Assembly: GCA_049517155.1 (NCBI GenBank) | Contig: JBEKSK010000002.1 | Coordinates: 1 to 39,165 of the forward strand | From: Solirubrobacteraceae bacterium | GTDB taxonomy: Bacteria > Actinomycetota > Thermoleophilia > Solirubrobacterales > Solirubrobacteraceae | Length of the DNA: 39,165 nucleotides | Direction: 5' to 3' | Part shown: positions 25,453 through 32,678 of the stretch, in pieces | Position numbering within the stretch: the stretch's first letter is position 1 | Layout of the letters: every line of letters begins with the position of its first letter | The notes under the pieces: generated by a model | Seen by the model: the letters and a program-made list of their open reading frames with translations, nothing else | What the model was told of the DNA's origin: nothing | The model's database searches: none | Program-made: the position numbers and the translations under genes

Positions 25453-27531
25453 ATGACACGACACAGCAGCCGATTCCCGGGCCGCCTCTGGCGGCCAATA
25501 AACCTTCCCGGTCGCCCTGGCCCTCTGCGCCACCTTCGACCGCTGCCCTTCCTCGTCGTTGCGGTCGTCGCGGCGCAACTGCTCGCCCCGGCGCTCGCGA
25601 GCGCAGACAGCTCCTCGACGCTCACCGTCGTCGGCACGAGCGACGTCAGCGACTCCGGCCTCGTCCCGAATCTGATCCAGCCGGAGTTCCACAGCGCCTA
25701 TCCGCAGTTCTCGTTTCACTACATCGGAACCGCCAGCGGCACCGCGATCACCGACGCCGAAACCGGCTCCGTGGGTGCGAGCGTCCTGATCGTCCACGCC
25801 GCATCACTGGAGAACCAGTTCGTTGCCGGCGGCTACTCCTACGAGCAGTACGGTCGCGCGATCTTCACGAACGACTTCGTGCTCGCCGGACCGACCGGCG
25901 ACCCCGCCGGCGTGTCGGCCGCCGGAGCCACGAACGGATCCAACAACATCGTCCAGGCCTTCGCCGACATCGCGGCGGCCGGATATAACAGCGGCGGCAC
26001 GCCGCTGGTCACGTTCGTGTCTCGAGGCGGTACGCCCGGCACGACCGTCGAGGAGCACCAGATCTGGGCCCTCGTCGCCAGCCTGGCCAGCCCGCCGGCG
26101 GGCCTGCACCTCTGCACCGTCAGCGCTGCCGACGGCGGTGGCGAGACACCCGTGTCGGCGGCGAGTGGCCTCGGTGGCCAGCCCTGCGGCGGACTGCCGC
26201 CCAGCGGGGATCTGCCGACTTGGTATGTGACCACCGGCGTCACGCAGGGCCCGAATGTCGTGGACGCCAACGCCTGCACGGGGTACGCGAGCCCCGCAAA
26301 CTCGTGCTACGTCCTGACCGACCGCGGCACCTACGACTATCTCGCCTCCGGCGCCGATCCCGCTGGCGCGATCCCGACCCTCGCGATCCTGACTCGCAAC
26401 AACAGCACCTCTGCCCCAGGGGGAGCTGATGAGCTGATCAACTACTTTCATTCCTACATCGTCAACCCAGCGAAACCCAGCGAGCAGGTCAACCTGACCG
26501 CCGCCGAGGATTTCGTGAACTTCCTCACCTCTCCCGCGCTCCAGGCGCAGCTGAAGACCTACCTCGACGACACGACCGACCCGGGCGGACCGCCGTTCGT
26601 CGCCGACGCCTCGCCAAGCCTCACCGACGCCGGCATCCCGAGCGTCGATGTCGCGGACACGCCGGTGACCGTGACCGGGACGCTGACGAACGCGGAGCCG
26701 GGCTATCCGGCCCTGGCGAGCCAGACGGTGACGGTTGACGAGATCGAGGCGGGACTGCCGGTGGCAGTCGCCAGCGGGACGACGAACTCGAGCGGCAGCT
26801 ACAGCATCACGTTCACGCCCACCTCGAGCGGCGCATACCAGGTCGCGACGGGCCAGATCGCCCAGGTCGAGAACAGTGCGCTCAGCCCGGTGTTTGGCGA
26901 TCTGCTCTCACCGGCCGCGACCGCCGCGGTCACGATGAGCGTGCAGGGATCGGTGTCGATCGCCTCGGCGTCGGCGCGTGCCGGCATCGTCACCGTCTCA
27001 GGATCGATCGCGCCGGCTGCCCCAGACGCCAACGCGGCGGTCGCGCTGCTGGCGCGCCCGAGCGGCTCGACGAAAAGCTACTCGGAGATCGGCGCGGCGC
27101 CGCTTGTCGCGGGCCAGAGCTCCTACACGATCTCAAGCCCCCTGGCCAAGGGCAGCTGGCAACTCGAGACGAGCTACACCGATCCTGGAGCTCTGCTCGC
27201 CGCAACGGCCACGGGTGAGGTCACCGTCGATAACGCCGGCGGGTCGAGCGTCACCTTGAGCAAGGCCAAGGTCAGCGCCGGGAAGCTCACGCTGACCGGG
27301 ACGATCAGCCCTGATCCGATCGCGACGGGCGCAAGGGTCGAGCTCTTCGGGCTGCGCAGCGGCAGCACGAAGTTCACGAAGCTGGCCGCTGCGACGCTCA
27401 AGATCGACCAGACGACGTTCACGATCAAAGCCAAGCTGAGGCGTGGATATCACTGGATACTGCAGCTTGAATACGTCCAGACAGGGCAGCGCACGAGCTA
27501 TTCGAAGCTCAGCACGATCGACGTACACTAG
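25453..27531 (+). CDS. tupA: TupA-family (tungstate/molybdate-type) periplasmic-binding-protein domain fused to three C-terminal beta-sandwich-like repeats. Secreted, no lipobox.
   Basis: The PBP part matches the TupA layout: LTVVGTSDVSDSGLVPNLIQPEF, IGTASGTA, LIVHAASLENQFVAGG, TNDFVLAGPTGDPAGV, FVSRGGTPGTTVEEHQIW, WYVTTG, YVLTDRGTYDYL, LINYFHSYIVNP. The C-terminal ~300 aa form repeats (VTVTGTL.., IVTVSGSIAP..GSTKSY.., KLTLTGTISP..GSTKFT..). Signal peptide ...LLAPALASA. An alternative GTG start is at 25432. Confidence 0.75.
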   Translation: MTRHSSRFPGRLWRPINLPGRPGPLRHLRPLPFLVVAVVAAQLLAPALASADSSSTLTVVGTSDVSDSGLVPNLIQPEFHSAYPQFSFHYIGTASGTAITDAETGSVGASVLIVHAASLENQFVAGGYSYEQYGRAIFTNDFVLAGPTGDPAGVSAAGATNGSNNIVQAFADIAAAGYNSGGTPLVTFVSRGGTPGTTVEEHQIWALVASLASPPAGLHLCTVSAADGGGETPVSAASGLGGQPCGGLPPSGDLPTWYVTTGVTQGPNVVDANACTGYASPANSCYVLTDRGTYDYLASGADPAGAIPTLAILTRNNSTSAPGGADELINYFHSYIVNPAKPSEQVNLTAAEDFVNFLTSPALQAQLKTYLDDTTDPGGPPFVADASPSLTDAGIPSVDVADTPVTVTGTLTNAEPGYPALASQTVTVDEIEAGLPVAVASGTTNSSGSYSITFTPTSSGAYQVATGQIAQVENSALSPVFGDLLSPAATAAVTMSVQGSVSIASASARAGIVTVSGSIAPAAPDANAAVALLARPSGSTKSYSEIGAAPLVAGQSSYTISSPLAKGSWQLETSYTDPGALLAATATGEVTVDNAGGSSVTLSKAKVSAGKLTLTGTISPDPIATGARVELFGLRSGSTKFTKLAAATLKIDQTTFTIKAKLRRGYHWILQLEYVQTGQRTSYSKLSTIDVH

Positions 27532-27536
27532 GCCGC

Positions 27537-29132
27537 GTGACGCCCCGGCGAACTCGTGTGAACAGACAGCGCCGGACCGCCAGCCGCCGTCTCGGGATCC
27601 TGCCCGGGCGGCGCTTGGCGGTGCTCATCGTGCTCGCGGCGGGGCTGCTCGGATGCCTGGCGAGCGCAGCTTCGGCAGACGAGTCGATCGCGACGGCGAT
27701 CATCGTCAAGCCCGGTGAGCAATCCCCAAGCGAAGTGGCGCCGGTGTCTCTCTCGACGCTCCTGGCTACACCCGCCTGCGTGCCCTATTCCAACACCACC
27801 AGCACGCTCACCACCGTCGCCCCCTCCAGCAGCCAGTCGCTCACCACCTCGAGCGACACGTGGCCGATCTACACGATTCTGGCGTGCGGCCTGGGCCAGA
27901 CGCTGAGCGCCGGTGATTGGGTGCAGATACAGGACCCCTCGACCGGGCCTGAGGCGCCACTTTTCTACTCAGCCGGTGACCTGACGACCCCGAGCGACTT
28001 CCAGGACCCCGGGCAGGTCCCTCTGATCATCGCCGAGCCGGGCGAGAACGTCCTGCAGTACTACCGGCCGCAGCGACGGCCCGACGGCGGCGTGACCGAC
28101 GAGAACGCGTACGACTTCTTCCAGGTCAACCCCGGACCGATCACGATCTGGGTCGACGAGGGCGGATCTCCGCCCCTTTCGGTCGCGATTACCGGGGTTC
28201 CCGCCGGCGGCGTCACGGCGGGGGCAACCGTGAGCCTCACGGCCGCGGAGAATCCGAACGGCGCAACCCTCCCGGATCCGGCGAATCTCAGCTACAGCTG
28301 GACCAGCAACGACAGCGTCCAGTTCAGCAACGACGGCGCCGGGCAGGCCGTGCAAGCGACGCTCGGGGCCGCCGGCGAAGCCGAGGTCACAGTCGAGGTG
28401 CAAGACAACCAGGACGGCACCTTCGGATTCGCCAACGCAAGGATCACCGTCGGAGCACCCGGATCCGACGCGACATCTGCGACCCCCAACTCCTCCAACG
28501 GCCAGACGTCGCAGACATCCGCCCCTGCGACCGGCCCCAAGCAGAGCAACGGCAGCGCGACCGGCGGAACCGCGGAGCCCCGCCACCACAGCGCTCCCGT
28601 CGCACCGGGCGCCGGCAGCGGACAGAGCAGCGGCGCTCCCGCCACCGCCAAACCGAGGCCTGCTCCCAAGAGCGAATCCGCGCCAAGCAGCGCGACGACC
28701 GGGGCCTCCTCCACGAAAGCAGCCCCGACCGACTCCGGGCACCCGGCGCCGTCAAGCTCTCCGCAAGCGGTGAGCGGCTCCGCCGGCGCGGCGGCCCACG
28801 CCTCGCAGCCCCCTGGTCACGCCGCCCGGCCCAGCGCACGCCTCACGAGGCCGCCCACCGCTTCGCCCACCCACATGGCCGCAACAACACGCCAGGCACG
28901 GGTCACGGGACGGCTGATCGAAGGCGTGACGGTGCTCCCGGCCGCCGCGAGCCCGCTCGTCTACGCAGTCCCGCCGACAATCGCGACGGCAGCGCCTGTG
29001 CGCCGCGGCGCGGTCGCCTCCGCCCTCCCCGCGCTCGCCGCTGGACTCGTCGTGACCCTGCTCTTCAGCCTGGGCGCCGGGCGCGAGCTGCGCTGGCGAC
29101 GGCGCCTGGGCGCGCGGCTGCACGGAAGCTGA
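27537..29132 (+). CDS. Surface protein of unknown function: signal peptide, globular region with a PKD/Ig-like segment, ~140-aa Pro/Ser/Ala/Gly-rich spacer, C-terminal TM anchor with a basic tail.
   Basis: Signal peptide RRLAVLIVLAAGLLGCLASAASA. Ig-like segment SVAITGVPAGGVTAGATVSLTAAENP...EVTVEVQD. Low complexity spans about 28450..28890. C-terminus LPALAAGLVVTLLFSLGAGRELRWRRRLGARLHGS. It starts 6 nt after the tupA-like stop. Confidence 0.7.
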   Translation: MTPRRTRVNRQRRTASRRLGILPGRRLAVLIVLAAGLLGCLASAASADESIATAIIVKPGEQSPSEVAPVSLSTLLATPACVPYSNTTSTLTTVAPSSSQSLTTSSDTWPIYTILACGLGQTLSAGDWVQIQDPSTGPEAPLFYSAGDLTTPSDFQDPGQVPLIIAEPGENVLQYYRPQRRPDGGVTDENAYDFFQVNPGPITIWVDEGGSPPLSVAITGVPAGGVTAGATVSLTAAENPNGATLPDPANLSYSWTSNDSVQFSNDGAGQAVQATLGAAGEAEVTVEVQDNQDGTFGFANARITVGAPGSDATSATPNSSNGQTSQTSAPATGPKQSNGSATGGTAEPRHHSAPVAPGAGSGQSSGAPATAKPRPAPKSESAPSSATTGASSTKAAPTDSGHPAPSSSPQAVSGSAGAAAHASQPPGHAARPSARLTRPPTASPTHMAATTRQARVTGRLIEGVTVLPAAASPLVYAVPPTIATAAPVRRGAVASALPALAAGLVVTLLFSLGAGRELRWRRRLGARLHGS

Positions 29133-29161
29133 CGGAGGCCCGCTGGCTGGCCCGCCCGAGT

Positions 29162-29833
29162 ATGCGTTCACTTTCCCCGATCCTCGCACTGAGCTCGCAC
29201 GACATCGACGAGGCGATCTTCCACGTCGCGAGCGTGCTCGAGGTGCCCGTGCTGATCCTCGCGCTGCTCGCCCTCGCCATGGTGATCCTCGAACTCGGAA
29301 GCTTCGTGATCGAGTTGCGGCGCCGGCGACGGCGCCGTTTCACGGCCCTCTCGAGTGGAGCCGAGCGGGCGCGGGAGGCGCTCGCGATCGACGATCGCCG
29401 GGGCGCCGCGGCGGCGCTGCACGGACTCGCGCGCAGCGCGGCGATGGCCGACACGCTGGCGTTCATCGCCGCTCACGCGCGCCGGGACGGGAGCGACTAC
29501 GAGCTCAACAAGGCGCTCGCCGACTTCGACTTCAGCTCGCGACGACGGCTCGACCGCACCCGGCTGCTCGTCCGCGTCGGACCGGCGCTCGGCCTGATGG
29601 GAACGCTCATCCCGCTCTCGCCCGCGCTCACCGGGCTCGCCAACGGCAACACCTCGACGCTCAGCAACGACCTGCGTCTGGCCTTCAGCGTCACCGTCGT
29701 CGGACTGATGATCGGCGCGATCGCGTTCGGACTCTCGCTCACGCGCGACCGCATGTACGGGCAGGACCTCTCCGACCTCGAATACGTGGCCGCCGCCATC
29801 AGCGATCCGCCGGCGCCGGTGAGCACACGATGA
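29162..29833 (+). CDS. MotA/TolQ/ExbB family proton-channel protein.
   Basis: Three TM segments in the ExbB arrangement (TM1, long cytoplasmic loop, TM2-TM3). Family motif RVGPALGLMGTLIPLSPAL...LAFSVTVVGLMIGAIAFGLSL. The stop overlaps the next start (ATGA at 29830..29833). Confidence 0.75.
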   Translation: MRSLSPILALSSHDIDEAIFHVASVLEVPVLILALLALAMVILELGSFVIELRRRRRRRFTALSSGAERAREALAIDDRRGAAAALHGLARSAAMADTLAFIAAHARRDGSDYELNKALADFDFSSRRRLDRTRLLVRVGPALGLMGTLIPLSPALTGLANGNTSTLSNDLRLAFSVTVVGLMIGAIAFGLSLTRDRMYGQDLSDLEYVAAAISDPPAPVSTR

Positions 29834-30165
29834 TCTCGGTCACCCCGCACGCCCGCAACCGCGAGGACCGAGCCGGCGACCCGCTCGACGGCCTTGTCAA
29901 CCTGTTCGATCTGGGGATCGTCCTCGCCGTCGCGTTTCTGCTGGCGGCGCTCTCCTCCCTGCATCTGGCCGGCACGATCACCAGTCACGGCCTCCACGCC
30001 ACGCCGGCCAAGATCATCGTGGTCCAGCCGGGCCAGACCGTCGCGCCGCTGCCGAAGCCCGGAACGCGCACGATCGGCCGGGGCACTCAGGCCGGCATTG
30101 TCTACCGCCTCGCCAACGGAGAGCTCGTGTACGTCCAGGCGGCGCCGCGCAAAAAGAGCCGCTGA
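29830..30165 (+). CDS. ExbD/TolR-like single-pass membrane protein. From memory it resembles the DUF2149 type.
   Basis: 111 aa. DPLDGLVNLFDLGIVLAVAFLLAAL carries an Asp at the start of the TM helix (codon 29908..29910), as in ExbD/TolR/MotB. A small extracytoplasmic domain follows. The stop TGA at 30163..30165 is followed directly by the GTG start of the first permease. Confidence 0.6.
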   Translation: MISVTPHARNREDRAGDPLDGLVNLFDLGIVLAVAFLLAALSSLHLAGTITSHGLHATPAKIIVVQPGQTVAPLPKPGTRTIGRGTQAGIVYRLANGELVYVQAAPRKKSR

Positions 30166-30891
30166 GTGGCCTATCTCTGGCACGAGCTGCGCAGCGCGGT
30201 CCCGCTGATCGTGAGCGGGAACGCCTACATCCTCGCCGTCACCTGGGTCACGATCCGTGTGGCCGTGGTGTCCACCGCCGCGGCGCTCGTGATCGGCCTG
30301 CCGATCGGGCTCACGCTCGGCCTCGGGCGTTTCCGCGGCCGACGCGCGCTGCACATCCTCGCCAATGCAAGCCTCGCGCTGCCACCCGTGATCGTCGGCG
30401 TTGGGGTCCTTTTGCTGCTGCTCCCAGCCGGGGCGTTCGGCTCGCTGCGGATCGAGTTCACGCTGCGCGGCGTGTACGTCGCGCAAACAATTCTCGCCCT
30501 CCCCTACATCGTTGCTCTCACCCCGGCTGCGATCCAGGCGCTACCGCCCGGCCTGCTCGCGCAGGCGCGGCTGCTCGGCGCCGGGCGCCGCCAGCTCGCG
30601 CTGCTAGCGCTGCGCGAGGCCAAGATCGGCGTGTTCGCGGCCGTGATCGCCGCCCTCGGCGCAGCGCTCTCCGAGGTCGGCGCAGTGGTCATCGTCGGCG
30701 CGAACATCGCAGGTCACGACCAGACGCTCGCCAGCGCGGTGCTCGCGCAGATCAACGACTACGCGAACTATCCCTACGCCCTGGCGATCGGCCTCGTGCT
30801 GCTCGCACTCATCCTCGTGCTGGTCGGCCTGCTCACGGTGCTCCAGCAACGCACAAGCGGAATCCAGCTGCGCTTCCGGGGACTGCCTTGA
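30166..30891 (+). CDS. tupB: ABC transporter permease, TupB-like (paralogue 1).
   Basis: Six-TM permease with the EAA-loop region LLGAGRRQLALLALREAKIGVFAAVIAALGAALSEVGAVVIVGANIAGHDQTLASAVL. Confidence 0.8.
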   Translation: MAYLWHELRSAVPLIVSGNAYILAVTWVTIRVAVVSTAAALVIGLPIGLTLGLGRFRGRRALHILANASLALPPVIVGVGVLLLLLPAGAFGSLRIEFTLRGVYVAQTILALPYIVALTPAAIQALPPGLLAQARLLGAGRRQLALLALREAKIGVFAAVIAALGAALSEVGAVVIVGANIAGHDQTLASAVLAQINDYANYPYALAIGLVLLALILVLVGLLTVLQQRTSGIQLRFRGLP

Positions 30892-30951
30892 CGCGGGCCC
30901 GCCGGCGCACAATCGCGCGGGCGCGCCGCTCGCCGCCGACCGCCCCGGCGT

Positions 30952-30976
30952 CGCCCGGGCACCACCCGCCCGGGCG
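30952..30976 (+). other. Intercistronic GC hairpin between the two permease genes.
   Basis: CGCCCGGGC-ACCACCC-GCCCGGGCG: a 9-bp perfect stem and 7-nt loop ending 14 nt before the tupB2 ATG. No U-tract. Confidence 0.4.
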
Positions 30977-30990
30977 GCAGGATCCTTGAC

Positions 30991-31713
30991 ATGCACCTGC
31001 TGTGGGAGGAGCTTCGCAGTGCCGTGCCGCTCATCGTGCACGGGAACCCCTACCTGCTGAGCATCGTCTCCTTCACCGTCGAGGTCGCCGCGATCGCGAC
31101 GGCGGCTGCGGCCTTAATCGGACTGCCGATCGGCCTCGCGATCGGGCTCGGGCGCTTCCGCGGCAGACACGCGCTGCACGTGCTGGCCAACGCGAGCCTA
31201 GGCCTGCCACCCGTGCTGGTCGGGCTGTTTCTGTTCCTCATCCTCGTGCCGCAGGGCCCGCTCGGCTCGCTGCATCTGCTCATCACCAAGCAGGCCGTGT
31301 TCATCGCGCAGACGATCCTCGCTCTCCCCTACGTCGTCGCGCTCACCGCAGCGGCGATCCAGGGGCTCCCGCAGGGGCTCCTGTCGCAGGCGCGCGTGCT
31401 CGGCGCCGGCCGCCGCCAGCTCGCCACACTCGCGCTGCGCGAAGCGAGAATCGGTGTGATGGCCGCGCTGATCGCGGCGCTTGGGTCCGCACTGTCGGAG
31501 GTCGGCGCGATCGTCATCGTCGGCGGCAACGTGTACGGCTTCGACCAGACTCTCGCGAGTGCCGCGCTGTATGAGGCAAACGCAGCCCGCTACGACGACG
31601 CCGTAGCAATCGGGATTGTCCTGATCGCGCTGATCCTGGTCCTGATGTGCGCCGTCGGCGTGCTTCAGCAGCAGGGCGCGGGCATCCGCCTGCGCTTTCG
31701 GTCGGCGTCGTGA
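30991..31713 (+). CDS. tupB: ABC transporter permease, TupB-like (paralogue 2).
   Basis: Collinear with paralogue 1 over its full length and, by eye, identical at well over half of positions (LWEELRSAVPLIVHGNPY.., LIGLPIGLAIGLGRFRGRHALHVLANASLGLPPV.., LGAGRRQLATLALREARIG.., SEVGAIVIVGGNVYGFDQTLASAAL). Confidence 0.8.
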   Translation: MHLLWEELRSAVPLIVHGNPYLLSIVSFTVEVAAIATAAAALIGLPIGLAIGLGRFRGRHALHVLANASLGLPPVLVGLFLFLILVPQGPLGSLHLLITKQAVFIAQTILALPYVVALTAAAIQGLPQGLLSQARVLGAGRRQLATLALREARIGVMAALIAALGSALSEVGAIVIVGGNVYGFDQTLASAALYEANAARYDDAVAIGIVLIALILVLMCAVGVLQQQGAGIRLRFRSAS

Positions 31714-32678
31714 GCGAAAAGCAGTCCCACGCGAATGCGGCGCTGTTGCGCTGCGAGAACCTGAGCGTGTGCCGCGGCGCGCGCGAGGTCGTCACCGACG
31801 TCAGCCTGGAGCTTCGCGCCGGCGAGCTGGTCGCCCTGCTCGGGCCCAACGGCGCCGGCAAGAGCACGCTGCTCGACGCGCTCGCCGGTGTGCTGGCGCC
31901 CGCGCAGGGGCGGGTCGAGCGCGCCGGCCGCGTCGCGATCGCGCTCCAGGCGCCCGATCTCGCGCGCCGCACCGTCCTCGCGAATGTGATGCTTGCGCTC
32001 GGCTGGTGGGGTGTCCCCGGCCACGAGCGCGAGGATCGCGCGCGCGCCGCGCTGCGAGCGCTGGGCGGCGAGCACCTCGCCCAGCGCCAGGCTGCGAGCC
32101 TCTCCGGCGGCGAGCGCCGTCGCGTGCACCTGGCTCGCGCGATCGCCGTGCGCCCCGACGTCCTGATGCTTGACGAGCCCTTCGGCGGCCTCGACACCGA
32201 GACGCGGGCGACGCTCCTCGACGACGCGGTCGGCGCACTGCGCTCGCAGGCCAGAGCAACCCTCGTCGTCGTCCACGACCGCAGCGAGGCATGGGCGCTC
32301 GCCGACCGCCTGCTGATCCTGATCGGTGGCCGGCTCGTCGCGGAAGGCACCCCACGCGACCTGCTGGAGCGACCCCCGAGCGCGCTCGTCGCCCGCTTCC
32401 TGGGGTTTGACGGATCGCTGCAGGACGGCGGCGAGTTGCTGTTGACGAGACCTGCTCACGTCGCGCTCGACCCGGCCGGCCCGCTGCGCGCCCGCGTCAC
32501 GCGAGCCGTCGCGCTGGAGGACGGCGTGCGCCTCGAACTCGAGCTCGACAGCGGACGGCTCTACACCGTGGCGCCGCTGCCTGCTCCCCGGCCGAGTGAC
32601 ACCGTGCGTGTGCGCATCGACGGCGGCGCCCGCTTCGCCCGCAGCGTGACAGACGACGGCGCGGCGCCCAGTCCTTAG
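31710..32678 (+). CDS. tupC: ABC transporter ATP-binding protein with a C-terminal TOBE-like domain (TupC-like).
   Basis: Walker A LLGPNGAGKSTLLD, signature LSGGERRRVHLARA, Walker B VLMLDEPFGGLD. The GTG start at 31710 overlaps the permease stop (GTGA). The track ORF begins earlier, at 31647, inside tupB2. Confidence 0.8.
   Translation: MSEKQSHANAALLRCENLSVCRGAREVVTDVSLELRAGELVALLGPNGAGKSTLLDALAGVLAPAQGRVERAGRVAIALQAPDLARRTVLANVMLALGWWGVPGHEREDRARAALRALGGEHLAQRQAASLSGGERRRVHLARAIAVRPDVLMLDEPFGGLDTETRATLLDDAVGALRSQARATLVVVHDRSEAWALADRLLILIGGRLVAEGTPRDLLERPPSALVARFLGFDGSLQDGGELLLTRPAHVALDPAGPLRARVTRAVALEDGVRLELELDSGRLYTVAPLPAPRPSDTVRVRIDGGARFARSVTDDGAAPSP

Noticed and set aside
29162-30165. 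Interpretation of the MotA-family/ExbD-like pair as flagellar stator genes (motAB).
   Set aside because: - The second protein is only 111 aa and lacks the C-terminal OmpA/peptidoglycan-binding domain of MotB.
- The first has three TM segments in the ExbB layout rather than the four of MotA.
- Both are translationally coupled into a transporter operon with no flagellar genes nearby.
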